A DNA stretch of 64,000 bases, from NCBI RefSeq assembly GCF_009914755.1, contig NC_060929.1. One strand, given 5' to 3'. The stretch is from the human T2T-CHM13v2.0 reference genome, Homo sapiens. Of this stretch, positions 26,647 to 43,322 are shown in pieces; positions within the stretch are counted from its first letter, which is position 1, and each line of letters opens with the position of its first letter. The position numbers and the translations under genes are program-made. Below the pieces are notes generated by a model. It did not search any database and was not told the DNA's origin. It saw only the letters and a list, made by a program, of their open reading frames with translations.

Positions 26647-26945
26647 TGCCAGGCACGGTGGATCTCGCCTGTAATCCCAATACTTTGGGAGGCCAAGGTG
26701 GGCAGATCACCTGAGGTCAGGAGTTCGAGACCAGCCTGGCCAACATGGTGAAACCTCTGCTCTACTAAAAATACAAAAATTAGCCGGGTGTGGTGGTGCG
26801 TGCCTGTAATCCCCAGCTACTTGGGAGGCCGAGGCAGGAGAATCACTTGAACTCAGAGGCGGAGGTTGCAGTGAGCCGAGATTGTGCCACTCCAGCCTGG
26901 ACAACAGAGTGAAACTCCATCTTTAAAAAAAAAAAAAAAAAAAAA
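26647..26945 (+). mobile_element. AluS
   Basis: Full dimer with A tail. Confidence 0.92.
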
Positions 26946-29900
26946 TTGATGGTTGGGTAGATTAAGAATTATTTTGTCTTTATATAGGTCTCAAAGCTCA
27001 TGGCCACAATATTTTCCTCTTCAGAATGGCAGGACTATGGGAAGGAATGTGCATTCAGAACAACGGGGAAAGGCTATAGGGAAATTAATTTCAAAATATT
27101 TGGCTGAGTGATTGTGGACTCTTCCTTGGAAGTCTTTAAACACAGAATAGATCCTCCTATTTGGAATGACTTAAGGGTAAAGGAAAAGGAATGGATTAGC
27201 AGGCGCCTTAAAGACCCCAAGAACTTTAGAGATTTGTATGTGGCCCATGTCAGTGACAGATGGAACAGTAAGTTCAATAGACGTCATGTCTGCCGCTCCC
27301 AGGCTATGCTTCCTTTAATGTAGTGACCTTCTGGGAGCATTGTCCTCAATTGTCTGCAAGAGGGAAAGGAGTACATCTAAATTTCTGGTAAACTTAATTT
27401 GGGTGGCTTATTACCTACTGTTATGTATCTTTTAAAGATCCAGTGATCCAAAAAGCTGTGCTTTGCCCAAAATTCCAAAATGAGAAAACCATAAAAACCA
27501 CCCTCTAGTTTCTGGAGCCATTTTCAAATCTGTGTTGATTCTGAAGGAATTTCATTTACGTAGCATTTTCACATGTTAACAGTCCTTCCCCTAAGGGATT
27601 ATGGGTAGAGGAAAGAAGATGAGGTGGTAAGGAGGCACTGGAGGAGATGAAGTCTGATTTGTTTAGAAAGGACCGATGGAGGAGTGTAGCAGACACTCCT
27701 TTTGTTCTTTGCTCCTGCTTTAATCCTTCAGACCCACAGGACAAGATTGCCAGCTAATTGCAAGGAGCCCGTAAAAGAGAATTGGCCTAAATTGAAGAAT
27801 AAATATATATATTTTTTAATTCTTCCTTTATTTGGGTCACTTTGCTTTACATATGTTTATGTCTCCAAAAAGTGGTTGGATACCCTCTTGAGAGGTTTTC
27901 TTTACAAAAAAGAAAGAAAAAAAAATCTGAAATTCCAAAGCCTCTTTCCCTGCCATTGTAGCACTTAGGCAAAAGCATGAAGAACTAAATCCACTAGACT
28001 GTAGTTTAAACTTGAAAAAACAAAAACAAAAAACCCCAAAAAGACTATAATGTGCTTTAGAGTGGCATTTTTATACAAGTGACTCATTGCTAGCAGTATA
28101 TTGACCATTTTAAAGTGCAATCTGATCTTTCATGGGTAGACATTTAAATTCTCTGAGTACAGACACTGTACTTGGGACAAATTATTATATTTGTACCTTG
28201 GTGCCAATCTTAATCATGTACTCATTGGGTGCTTATTTTCAAATACCTGATCCTTCTAAAAACAGTATACTAAAACCTGTTGTTAAACATATATCAAGTT
28301 TAATAGCAAGCCATGGATACTTTTTACTGCCTTTTATTTATTGCTGGGTGTATTTTATTAGAAGGAAAGGTAAGTAAATGTGTTTTGCAGAAAATATGTA
28401 GTATAAGTCAGCTCCAGTAGCAGTTATTATTTTTTAACTAGATGGCGGAGCATTTACACACTTAGTTTATTAGTGACCTTCCCATAAAATTTTTAGGAAC
28501 ACAGGGCCAAACAGAGGTCATAAGTTTATCCAAGCCAACCCACTTCTTTGGTGACATCAGACAACTGAAGAGAAGCCAAGAAAACGTTCCCTCCATCTTC
28601 AAATTCTATGTGTCCTTGGCTTTGCCTCCATCCATAGTGGTTTATTCCCCTCAGAAAGAATTGCAGATGGAATTTGTATAATCACCTGTGTTAGAAGTGA
28701 TGATCTACTTTGAAAAATACAGTTTTTATGTATTATAAATAATTGTGCTCTGCCTTCTTGCATATAGTTGCTTTGGGCCTTTATTTGATAAAAACTATCT
28801 TATTAGCCAGTTATGACATACATGACTTTATGCTGGATGTAGTATATACAAAGATTTGTACAAGACAGCCCCTGAACACAAGGAGGTTTTAGTCTGGGAG
28901 GAGATTGGTAGGAGACAAAGTGCTTTCCTGTCCAAGAAATCTTAATATGTAATGTTTTTCTGCTTTGTTTGCATAGTGATGGAAGAAGCTTTTTACACTT
29001 TTCAAGCTTGCTGCTAACTTAATTTTCACCAGAAGGGCACTTTTAAAGATGTTCGTAAAACCAAATGCCCTCAAAGGAGAGATTACTGCCACTTGAAGAG
29101 GCCACCCCCAAAAGGGCCAAAAGGATGGGGGAACATCTCAGGGTGCTATGTGGCCAGGACCTAGAAAACCAGCTGCCAAGGGGACTTGTGACTGTTAGCC
29201 TAGGGCTTGAGCCCTCGCTCCCCATTTACTGGCTGTGTAATCTTGGGTCATTTGCATGTCCTATCCAAGCTTTGGTTTTCTAATCTGTGTGCTGGAATAT
29301 TTTCTCACAGGGCCATTTTTAGGGAGGTAAAGTGCCCAGCATCTAGCAAACAGCTCTTCACAGCTGATCAGCTATAGTATTGGGTCTAAGGGCAGGACAT
29401 GAAAAGCCCAAACCTATAATTCAAACCGAGGGAATTCATTTCCTTTTCAGGACCGTATAGCTCTCATAAACCCTGCCTTTCCTCATTCCTTCTTTCCTAA
29501 ATGTCATTAGGCCATCCCTGATAAATCAGATCATTCTTATCCTCCTAAATTCCTGCAGCCCAGATGAGAATATGATTTACTATTGCTTTTCTGGTAATAT
29601 TATCATATGTTTATGTGGGAACTTATATACATGTTCATTTGATCTTCACAGATTACTATAAAAGGGATTATTTTGCGTTCTTTACCACCAAGCAACCAAA
29701 GCCTCCCTCCCCCGGCAAATAATTTTCCAACACTCACTAACATCAAAACACTCTACAGATTCAATAAACTTTGATTCTCATTTCCTTTCCTGAGTTCTAT
29801 AGGCTGAAACTCTGGCCTCTTTTTTGCTTAGTCCATTTGTATTACATTACAAGACTTGCCGTATACTATCTTTGTATGGATTTAGGTATTCGAAGCAGCC

Positions 29901-30148
29901 TTTGAACTTCTTATCCTTTGCTTTGTTTCTTTCTGCACTGGCCTTACATTCTCTGCTCTTTTCCCTGCCCTTTCCATGTCTTCTTTGCCGCCCTCTCGAC
30001 ACCTCCCCCTTCCCCTACGTTTCCAGTGCTGCTTAGATCACTCTTGTTACTTCTCTGTCCTAAATTCCTACACAACTGTAGATAGGGCCATTTTCTCAGT
30101 GGCCACTCTCCCTTTCCTTTCTCCAAATCTTAACCCTGGGCCATTTGA

Positions 30149-30485
<337 letters not shown>

Positions 30486-31564
30486 TAACCCTAGTTGCTT
30501 TCTATCTTCCCATTCCATCTAGCCGCATCCAACAAGAAAACCACATGCCTGCTTTCTCTTCCTGAAGCTCTCCAAGGAACGTTCCTGTATGCCCCTGGAT
30601 AGATGGTTCCAGCCTGTGTCTGTGCCCCCCAACCCAGTCCTGCCAATCCAAGCCTGCCCAGATAGGGCCTGCCTGTTTTCCCCTTTATTGGGGGATCTGG
30701 GGAGCTTTTCACAGTGGTGGCATTTGTCACAGTGTTCACAGGCTCACCTCTTCATGCCCCTTCAGTACTAGTTTGGCTTGGCCATTAAACAGAAAGCATT
30801 GGGGTGTCCTCTGCTCTTTGTTCTCTCTCACTATATAGATCACCTCCAATGGCATCTGCATGAATCTATGACAACTCTCGGGCCTCCATGGAGAAGCACC
30901 TGGCTAGTCCCAAATTTCATAATCCTTCTGATGCTTCTGAATTACCTTCCACAAAACACTAGGATTCTATAAACTTTTAATTGGAATTTTATCTTTTAAA
31001 AACAGCCTTAATCATGTAATAAGATGTATTTTCAAATATGTGTTCAATTGTGTGGTTATTTGTGATCTCATTTACAGACATGAACAAATACTAAAACAAT
31101 ATAAAAATAAATTTACTCAGAGTATTTGGGATCTCAGATTTTGTTTTACAAAAAGGGTTCTGCAGCTGAAAAAAAAAATGGCTTGAAAACCACTGCCCTA
31201 AGTAAACACTCATCTCTTACTTTGCCTAAAACTGTTAGACCGTTATACATTTTTTTTCCTCCGTCAATCTTACAGGGGTTTCAAAATGCCCTGATTTTGC
31301 AAAACTTATGAGCACATCTAAAAAGTCACTTTCTAAGCCTACTATCTCCAAAAATCAACTGTTTGTTCTTTTTCAGACTTGTTTTTGTGAATTTATTATT
31401 TTTACATAGGTAGTACTAGCATACTGGCACAGCCCAGTGAGATGAGGTCTCTTAAGCCATTCTGTTTATATCAGATGTTAAATTTTTTAAATAGTCTTTG
31501 CTGCAGTGTAGATTATCTTGTCTTTTTCTGCTTTTCAGCTCGTTCTGACAAATGCCCCATGATG

Positions 31565-31872
<308 letters not shown>

Positions 31873-31908
<36 letters not shown>

Positions 31909-32176
31909 AGAAGGAGTTTCGCTCTGTCGTCCAGGCTGGAGTGCAGTGGCGCAATCTCGGCTCACTGCAAGCTCCGCCTCCCGAGTTCACGCCATTCTCC
32001 TGCCTCAGCCTCCTGAGTAGCTGGGACTACAGGCGCCCGCCACCGCACCCGGCTAATTTTTTGTATTTTTAGTAGAGACGGGGTTTCACCGTGGTCTCAA
32101 TCTCCTGACCTCGTGATCCGCCCGCCTCGGCGTCCCAAAGTGCTAGGATTACAGGCTTGAGCCACCGCGCCCAGCC
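31873..32176 (-). mobile_element. AluY-like
   Basis: Long T tract, CpG-rich; flanking CGATGAT duplication. Confidence 0.92.
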
Positions 32177-32434
32177 GATGATGGTGTTTTTAAAGCCAAC
32201 TTCTAATACCTCTTTTTTCCATTGCTTCATTGCCAAGAGGAATAATTAGACTGTTGCAACAATTATGACAAAGGCGTCCTATACCCTTGGTCTTCTTTCA
32301 TCCATAGGGCATCCAAAAGAGACCTGGTTTCTCTGTTGATTGGAAGTTCACATCAAATTCCTTGACCCTGGGATTAAACCTACAGTAAACATGTGTATTT
32401 TTGTGTTGCAGATGCGTATCATAGATGGATAGTA

Positions 32435-32660
32435 ATGAATACCATTTATTGAGCATTTATCATGTGCGAAGTACTCTGCTTTCTTCTTCACAGGTAGATT
32501 TAATCATCTCCCCAACCCTTTGAGGTAGGGAATACTGTGATCCTTGTTGTATATTTTTAAAAAAATGGAGACTCATGTTAACTGACTTGCCCCTTACCGT
32601 CCTTAAGTGGGGAGGCTGGGATTAATTTGGTTTGTGTTGTTAGAGCATGAACTCTTTAAC
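32435..32660 (-). mobile_element. MIR
   Basis: ccatttattgagcatttatcatgtgc...caaccctttgaggtagg pattern. Confidence 0.55.
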
Positions 32661-33139
32661 AACAATAGAACACTCATCATCTTTCCTGTGTGTGCACCTG
32701 CTTCCATTTCTTTTTATTCTCCTGTCCCTTCTTGATCTACACTTTAACACATTCCTTTCTCTTCCCACAGGATTCCCTTTATTGAAGGTGGGAATGAGGG
32801 GGATTCTGGACTGCAGGCACAGGACATCTGCCCTCCCACAGCAGCCTGAGATGTTTTCTTCTTTGTGCATGTTCCCCATGAAGTGGGCTCATACCCCTCC
32901 ATCAGTGTGCCTCCCCACCTCACCTGGAGCGTGGCTTCAGTGCCCCCACCGCCACCCCAGCTTGTACTGCAGGGTTTTTTTTTATCCTTTCTCTAAGCCA
33001 GTGAGATAGGCACAGCTGATAGTATGAACCTTTCTAGCTAAGAGTCAGATCAAGTGCTGGACAGAGACATGACAAGTTCTCTCAATTAAGCAAAATGGTA
33101 TCTCGAGACAGGATTTCAATTCTAATTTCATATTAATAG

Positions 33140-33345
33140 CTTACATTTATTCAACATTTATTGTGTTAAAGTGCTGCTACAGTCCTTTTCACGCAGAATC
33201 TTTTAACCCTCCAGAATTGAACAGCAACAGCGCTATTATCCCTATTTTACACTAAAGGAGCTGGCTCCCAGAGAGGTCAGGTCACCCGGTGGACGGAGCA
33301 AGAATCCAAATCAAGGCATTCTTGACCACTAACCAATACTTCTCC
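33140..33345 (-). mobile_element. MIR
   Basis: tattatccctattttacac...cagagaggtca pattern. Confidence 0.5.
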
Positions 33346-33779
33346 CCCTACCATCATCCCTGCCCCCACCCCTTTTTATTTTACAAAGTTAACCCGTGTT
33401 TATTATGGAACATCTTAACTCTGATTTTTAGAAATCTGCCTTCTGTCAATAGCGCAAAATAGAGTGTTTCATTAGCCTCTTAAAATGCCAGCAATTGTAA
33501 TGTATACAGATGTGAACCTTCATGGGAAGAGCGTGTCTTTATGTTAGAGAAGAGTGAGTAAAGCTGCCCAGTTGAGGTCATATATATTGACTTATCTGCA
33601 GGAAATATTCATTTAGATTTGAGAAGTTATGATTGTTATCAGTCTCATCCTTTAAATTTAACTTTTATTTTTTATACTCAATATTTAGATCAAAATCTGT
33701 TGCAAATCTGAAAGGAAGCTATAATCATTTACTGTTATCAATATACCTTTCTAGTAGCCTTATACATAAATGCTCGAAT

Positions 33780-33945
33780 CTAGTCCTTCTCACACTTTAA
33801 TATGCCTACAAACTACCTGGGAAGCTTAATAAAATGCAGGTAATAGTTTAGGAGGTCTAGGCTGGGGCTTGTGATTCTGCATTTGTAAAAACTTCCCAGG
33901 TGATGACCAAACTGCCTGGCCAGAATCAAATTTTCATGAGCAAGT
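33780..33945. mobile_element. MER5A-like DNA transposon remnant
   Basis: ggtctaggctgggg...ttctgcatttgtaaaaacttcccaggtgatg. Confidence 0.65.
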
Positions 33946-34002
33946 CTCTAATCCACATTAATATTCAAGAAAAAAAAATTAAATTCAAAAGTACAACTTT
34001 AC

Positions 34003-34289
34003 AGCCTGGGCCTGATGGCTCACATCTGTAATCCCAGCACTTTGGGAGGCCGAGGTGGGCAGATCACCTGAGGTCAGGAGTTCGAAACCAGCCCGGCCAA
34101 CATGGTGAAACCCCATCTCTACTAAAAATACAAAAATTAGTTGGGCATGGTGGCACACGTTTGTAGTCCCAGCTACTTGGGAAGCTCAGGCAGGATAAAC
34201 TTGAACCCAGGAGGTAGAGTTCGCAGTGAGTAGAGATCACACTGCTGCACTCCAAAGTGAGACTCCATCTCAAAAAAAAAAAAAAAAAA
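34003..34289 (+). mobile_element. AluS
   Basis: TSD aaagta(c/g)aactttaca. Confidence 0.9.
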
Positions 34290-34337
34290 GTAGAACTTTA
34301 CAAACACTACAGTGCATTTTCTAGAAAATTTTTTCTA

Positions 34338-34674
<337 letters not shown>

Positions 34675-35544
34675 TCACTGTGAGGTAGGGTAGGGAGTGT
34701 GGGGAAAGATTGGGGCCCCCAGGTTTGAAGATCAGCTTGGTCTTGCCTGTGTGCATGTATCTGATAAAATGCAGGAAAAGTTTGTCTCTTCCCCACCCTC
34801 ACTTCCACCCACTGTGAGGCTTGCTCATGTCCAGATTGGGCTCAGGATGGCAGTTGTGGATGCTCAGAGCACAAAAGGCTTCTTGTTTGCCCAAGGGCCT
34901 ATCAGTGTTTAAATAGAACTGGCGGAAGCACAAGCACACCGTATCAGCAGCTTATCAGGGACCATGGTTTTCCACGTACATTTGCTAGGCACTTCAGTTT
35001 ACCCAACTCCATCAGCACTGAGTTAAATTGCAAGGTTGGGCTGTACTACGCTGAGCCAGGGCAGGGAGAACAAGCCAGTTACTGGGGATGAGGGTGTCGG
35101 GGGGGCCCTCAAGACCTTATTTGCATTCTGCCCACATAGAGAATAAAGCTGTGATAGCCTGTGTACTAAGAGGCACCCAAAGAGAACCAGTCAGTCTTAG
35201 GAATGCACCCGGAAGGTGGGATGAGTCCAGGCCTCCCTATGGTGGAAGTAGTTGGAGATACCTCTTGTTACCCTGGTTTTCCATCTTAGTTTACCAGGTG
35301 TATAGTCAGTGCGGGTTATGGTTAAAGGAGGTGTCAATTGGGGGCCTGTTAATGTCTTAAAATTGTATGCAATTTTGGGGTTTGCAAATGCGTCTGCGTG
35401 CATATTTCTCTGGCAGCTGACCTATGAATCAAAGGACTAAATGTTCTTGTACTATTCGGGCTGCATCTTCTTTGAGGGTAATCTTCAGGGCAGATACATG
35501 GGTAGCCTACTTTAGAAATGAGGCCTTTGCAATTATAATCACTC

Positions 35545-35750
35545 CTACTTTCTAAGCACTTGCTATATGCCAGGTGCTGTGCTAAATGCTTTATAAATGT
35601 TATCACATTTAATTCTCAGAAAATCTTATGAGATAGGAATTTTTATTTCTAAAAGAGTTATAATTTGCCCATGATCACAGAGCTAAGTAAATGATAGAGC
35701 TATGATCGGAACTTCAACTTTCTGATTCCATGTCTGTTAGCACTGTGGAA
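35545..35750 (-). mobile_element. MIR
   Basis: tatgccaggtgctgtgctaaatgcttt...ttgcccatgatcacagagctaagtaaatg. Confidence 0.65.
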
Positions 35751-36069
35751 GGCTGTCTTTGGCATTTTAATATACTTATCAAGTGTTTCATATACATTGG
35801 TTAATTTGTCCAACTGCCACAGAGTGGGATGGGTGGCTCTTTTTCCTAAACTGTAGCCATCTTTTCCCCAAAGTGTAGCCTTCATGAATTTTGCCCTATT
35901 TATATATCACCTATGCTATTAAGTTACCTACCATTTAAAATTTTTAATTAAATGTGTTATTTCTTACCCTCATTCCTAAATAATAGCCATGGAAAAACCA
36001 TTGATGTGCTAATTTTTTTTCTTGAATCCACACTAAAATAACTACATAACCATTAAAATGAAAAATGCA

Positions 36070-36238
36070 TTAGCCAGGTGTGGTGGTGCGTGCCTGTAGC
36101 CTCAGCTACTCGGGTGGCAGAGGAGAAGAATCGCTTGAACCTGGAAGGCGGAGGTTGCAGTGAGCCGAGATTTGCACCGCTGTACTCCAGCCTGGGCAAC
36201 AGAGGGAGACTTCATCTCAAAAAAAAAAAAAAAAAAAA
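36070..36238 (+). mobile_element. Alu right arm
   Basis: ttagccaggtgtggtgg...A tail. Confidence 0.88.
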
Positions 36239-37488
36239 GCTATGTTTTAATACTACTTAATATCATGTAGAGTGCCATCAGTGTATTGGTGCCATGCTTT
36301 AAAAAACCCTAATATGTGATTTAAAGACTACATGTCTATATTGCAGCAGAATTGTGGGTAAACTAAAATACCCCCTCATGCCACCCACCCCAGACAGCCC
36401 TTCTGGCACAGGGACAGGCTAGGGTCATGGAGAGTGGTGCTAAGAGCATCAGAGAGGAGGCTGGGTTTGACTCCAGGGAAGGCACTCTTATGGTGGAGGC
36501 CATGCCCTGTATCTTTCAGGACCTGTTTTAGTTGCTCTAATGAGGCAATGATGCCAAGAAAAAGAATGTTGCTTAGCCCTCCTTGAGGGGGTTGAAGGAT
36601 TCCAGCGACTGGGGCAAGAATCTGTGTTCTGTGTGCTCTTGCTGAAAGGATATTGCTGGGATATTGAGGGTTGTGGATGAAGTAACCTTCCAGGGGCAGA
36701 ATTGTGCAGTAAGGTCCCTCAGCCTAGGATGAAAAAGGCCTCTAACGAAAAGCCCACTTGTTCATGTTTCCGTTTTAACTAAATGTTCCTCTCTAAATTC
36801 CATACCCTCTGGGGCATAAGCTGAAGGAAAATTTGGAATCTTATTATCTGAAATTGTACGTGCATTTGACCTATATTGCTATGTCTTTAATAAAAGCATC
36901 TGAGGAATAGTTCCTAATTTATTGACTCACGGTTACTCCAAAATATGCCAAGACCCTCAGTAACGAAGCATCCTCATTATCCTCCCCAATAAAATTGCAT
37001 TTTACATATTAAACTTTTTAATCTTGGACCTTAACCAACTTTATAATTTGACAATCCCTCTAACCAGCAAGTTAGATAAAGAAGAGCAACATACTCATGC
37101 TCTGGAGAATGTAATCCTGGAGTCTGTCTTCTTTCACTTGCCTGGGTAAATCAGAGAGTGGGAAAGGTTATTTTTGAGCACCAGCTGTAGTAGGATCTCT
37201 CTGATTAGGGCCACCTGTATCAGAAAAGTGACATTTGTCTGCTGCGCAGCTGAGCTGGTGTCTTGATAGTCCCAGAGACAGCTATTGCCTCCCTATAGTC
37301 TGTTACTATTTCACTAAGAAAAAAAAAAGAAAAGAAAAAGGAAAAAAAAGGCTGTTTTTGGACTGGGCTGGGTGGGCTGGGCTGGGCATTTAGCATTCCG
37401 ACTGTCCTCATCCTTGTGTTCAGCAGTGGCTGACCCGTGACACTCTTCTGGGGACTGCAATAGTGTGGTCCAGAAAACAAAATTCTGA

Positions 37489-37946
<458 letters not shown>

Positions 37947-38768
37947 TCATTCTCCACAGCAGCCCCTCCTCCCCACAGGGGTTGTGGCTGGAGTTTACAG
38001 GAACATCAGGCACAAATGGAATGCTGCCAGTCGCAGGAGATTCCTAGGGAGATAAAAAGCACATCTTTGACCACTTCTTTACCAAACAGACCCAACATGT
38101 GTAATTAAAGGCCCTGGGACTCTGCTGGAAATAGGTTTAAACTTGAGGTAATCCCTTCTGGCACTTCCTCTTCCTAATAACCATCAACAAAAATCAAACA
38201 AATCCACCTGGCTCCAGTCGGTAAGTCTGCAACCAGCAAAGGTCACAGGAGGAGTGATAAGAGAAGAAAGCGGCCACAAACAGAGTTACTGGAAACACAT
38301 GTCGTGATGTGTTAGAGAACGACTGCTGCCAGGACCATCCTGGCCCTGAGAAGGGCCCGCTCTGCTGTCTGGAAACTCATTCTCTTCCTCGGAGAAAGGA
38401 TGCCAGCACGACATGGGAGGGGAAGCATGACTTCGGGGAGCTCATTGGTGCAGCGTGCCTTGGTCTTTCTCTCTGTGAGATGTGACTCAAGCCAAAGAAG
38501 ATGTGAGGGGAGAGGCAAGCTTTAATGTTCTTCTAGAGTTAATTCCCCCCATCTCTAAAAGTAATGCATGGCCATTATTGAAAATACTGACAGGCAAAAT
38601 GAATAAAATAATTATCCCTAACTCCACCATGCACTGATTACCCCTGTGAACATTTTGGTGTATCTACTTCTAGTCTGTTTTCAGTGCCTGCATATGTATA
38701 CAGGTAGAAAATAGATAAACACACATGCAGGGGAAATTTTTTTTTTTAACTTTTAAATTGCATTTCAC

Positions 38769-39127
38769 TGTCTCATTAGTCAATTTGGGCTGCCATAACA
38801 AAATACCACAGACTAGGTGCCTTAAGCAACAGAAAGTTATTTTCTCACAGTTCTGGAGGCTGAGAAGTCCAAGATCAAGGTGCCAGCTGATTTGGCTCCT
38901 GGTGAGGCCTCTCTTCCTGGCTTGCAGATGGCGGCCTTCTCACATGGCAGAGAGAGAGCTCTGATGTGTCTTCCTCTCCTTATAAGGGCACTAACCCTAT
39001 GGGATTAGGATCCCAGCTCGTTTAACCTTTATCACCTTCTCACAGGCCCTGCCTCCAATTACAGTCATGTTGAGGGGGCCTGGGCTTCAACACATGAATT
39101 TGGGGGGATGCAATTCAGTCCAGAGCA
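38769..39127 (-). mobile_element. MLT1A-like MaLR solo LTR
   Basis: gctgccataacaaaataccacagact...tctcacagttctggaggctgagaagtccaagatcaagg...gaatttggggg. Confidence 0.85.
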
Positions 39128-40591
39128 CCTGTGCAAACTCTTTTGACTCTGCTTTTTGTTTCACTCCTCTTGTCTTGAACATCTTTTTTCATAGTCTCTA
39201 GTCACATTGTTTTAAGTGGCTGAGTCATATTCCATCACCTGACCGTACCATCATTTAATAATCTGTGATTAATGTCCCCTCCCCTCCCCATCAAGTTATG
39301 TTGTGGAAATATCTTGATTATTGCGGCAAGCAGGTTTTTAGCTGAAAGGGCAGATGTCAGCTGGTTTGAGCCTGCCTAGGTGAGCTCAACAGCTTTCAAT
39401 GGGGAGAAGACTTCGAGTTTCTAGGTGACAGCTGAATCCTCACTGGGTGAATCCTTACTGGTGGCCCATGCCCGAGGCACCTTGAGGACAACATGGAAAG
39501 CAACCCAGGAGTAAGGGCGAATTAGGTTTCTCTCTGGTGCTGAGAAGATGTTGGCTGTGGAAGCAGAGGAAGTGAATCAGGATCATATGGCTGTGGAGTG
39601 GCAGTTTGCTGAGGGCAGTGAAGTACAGACAGAAGGACAGTTTTAAACAACAGGAAGTCTTCATTCCCTTCCTGGGTGTCTTTGGTCATCTGGGCCCTGA
39701 TGGTGGAGCCATGCCAGATAGAGGAATTATGATGCTAAAATCTAGTAGGATTACTGGTGAACTTGGCCCTAGGGTTCAGCAGGCTACCTAACATTTGTTC
39801 CCTCCATGTGTTCTCCATCTGTGACGTTTGTAGCAGGGAATTGCAATTAGGGAAAGCTATAAAGTCAGGACAAACAGAAGAAACTTAGCAGTGAGCATGA
39901 AGTGAGCGCCTCCTAGGTGTGAGGCTGGTACCTGTTACCATCTCCATTTTCCAGCGGGGGTCCCCATGTGTAGGAATGTTGAGTCACTTGCTCAGGGCCG
40001 TACAGCTGAGCCAGGTAGAGCTGGGGTTCCATCCCATGTTTAACCACAGAACCTGCCCCAAACCATTGTGCAATACTGCCGCATTCTGAAGCACGTGTAA
40101 AAGCTTTCCAGTTGGGCAGGTCTGTATATAAGACTCAGTTAAAGTTAAAAGATAAAATAAGGTCATTGTTAAAAAAAAAAAAGCCACTATTTAGTGGTAT
40201 TTAGTCAACTATCTTTGCCAAAAGCTGGTGGGGGTGAGGGAACGTGTGAGAGCAGGTCCTGGAAACATCCTTGATCATTGTCAGAATAGTTTTGTATGAA
40301 TTCATACAATAAAAAATAGAACTAATGGGGTACATTAAGTATTTGTCTCTTGGGGTAAGACACAACTTCGAAAGTTTATTATTTTGAACTGACTTTCTCA
40401 GTTTGAATGTCTTGAATGAGTATTGTAGGGAAGAAAAGGGATAAGGAAAGAAAAGGGATATATATTCCTCACCTATCTCAAGGTTTATGGCCAACACCCT
40501 TATAACAAAAGACAGATTAACAATAGAAAAACAACGAATGTGTTTAACCAAAGTTTTGCGTGATGCAGGAGCATTCAAATATGAAGACCCT

Positions 40592-40880
40592 GCCGGGTGC
40601 AGTGGCTCACACCTGTAATCCTAGCACTTTGGGAGGCTGAGGCAAGCAGATCACCTGAGGTCGGGAGTTTGAGACCAGCCTGACCAACATGGAAAACCCC
40701 GTATCTACTAAAAATACAAAATTAGCCGGGCGTGGTGGCGGGTGCCTGTAGTCCCAGCTACTCAGGAGGCTGAGGCAGGAGAATCGCTTGAACCGGGAGG
40801 TGGAGGTTGCAGTGAGCCAAGATTGCACCATTCTAGCCTGGGCAACAAGAGTGAAACTCCATCTCATAAAAAAAAAAAAA
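40592..40880 (+). mobile_element. AluS
   Basis: TSD ATGAAGACCC. Confidence 0.92.
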
Positions 40881-40914
40881 GAAAGAAATGAAGACCCGAC
40901 CCAGGGAAAACTGT

Positions 40915-41216
40915 ATTTTTATTTTATTTCATTATGTTTTATTTTATTTTTGAGATGGATTCTCTCTGTCGCCCAGTCTGGCATGATCTTGGCTCACTGC
41001 AACCTCCACCTCCGGGGTTGAAGCCATTCTCCTGCCTCAGCCTTCCAAGTAGCCAGGGCTACAGCATGCACCACCACACGCAGCTAAGTTTTGTATTTTT
41101 CATAGAGATGGGGCTTCACTTTGAGACCAGGCTGGTCTCAAACTCCTGACTTCAAGTGATACACCTGCCTTGACCTCCCAAAATGCTGGGATTACAGGTG
41201 TGAGCCACCGCACCTG
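40915..41216 (-). mobile_element. AluS
   Basis: TSD GAAAACTGTATTTTT. Confidence 0.9.
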
Positions 41217-41402
41217 ACTGAAAACTGTATTTTTATGGACAGTTGTGCAGAAATATGATTGGAGGTCAAAAGGGTGTGATCTAAAGGTAACAAACTAGCC
41301 TGTTTGTTCAGATTTCTCTTGGCCTCTCTGTGTAATAGTCCTTTCTTCCAGGTATAGGGCAGAACACTTGTCAAATAAGGCTCTTCAAGAGAAAAGGTCA
41401 GA

Positions 41403-41802
<400 letters not shown>

Positions 41803-41835
41803 CTACACCCCGATCAATATAAATGTGTAACCTCA

Positions 41836-42596
41836 TATATTAGTCCATTTTCGCATTGCTATAAAGAAATACCTGAGACTTGGGGCCGGGTGCGGTGGCT
41901 CACGCCTGTAATCCCAGCACTTTGGGAGCCTGAGGCAGGCAGATCACGAGGCAAGAGATCAAGACCAACCTGGCCAACACGGTGAAACCCTGTCTCTACT
42001 AAAAATACAAAAATTAGCTGGGTGTGGTGGTGCGTGCCTGTAGTCTCAGCTACTCAGGAGGCTGAGGCAGGAGAATCGCTTGAACCCCAGAGGTGGAGCT
42101 TGTAGTAAGCCAAGATTGCGCTACTGCACTCCAGCCTGGTGACAGAGTGAGACTCCGTCTCAAAAGAAAAAAAAAAAAAGAAAAAAAGAGAAATACCTGA
42201 GACTGAGTAATTTATAAAGAAAAGAGGTTTAATTGGCTCACAGTTCCGCAGGCTGTACAAGAAGCATAGCAGCCTCTGCTTCTGGGGAGGCCTCAGGAGG
42301 CTTCCAATCATGGTGGAAGGCAAAGGGGGAGCAGACGTCTTAACATGGCAGGAGCAGGAGAAGGTGTTGGAGAAGGGGGGTGGGGGGAGGGAGAGGGGAG
42401 GTGCCGCACACTTTTAAACAACTAGATCTTTCGAGAACTCACTCACCATCAGGAGAACAGCACCAAGGGGATGGTGCCAACCCATTCATGAGAAACACTC
42501 CTATAATCCAATCACCTCCCACCGGGTCTCACCTTCAACATTGGAGACCACAATTCAACATGAGATTTGGTGAGGACACAGATCCAGACTGTATCA
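41836..42596 (-). mobile_element. MSTA-like MaLR solo LTR interrupted by an Alu
   Basis: Typical MST sequence; perfect 5-bp TSD CCTCA at 41831-41835 and 42597-42601. Confidence 0.88.
41884..42188 (+). mobile_element. AluSc-like inside the MST LTR
   Basis: 16-bp TSD AGAAATACCTGAGACT at 41865-41880 and 42189-42204. Confidence 0.93.
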
Positions 42597-42623
42597 CCTC
42601 AGAATTGTTCAGCCTCAAACTCA

Positions 42624-43008
<385 letters not shown>

Positions 43009-43026
43009 TTAAAAACAAGGACAGAG

Positions 43027-43322
<296 letters not shown>

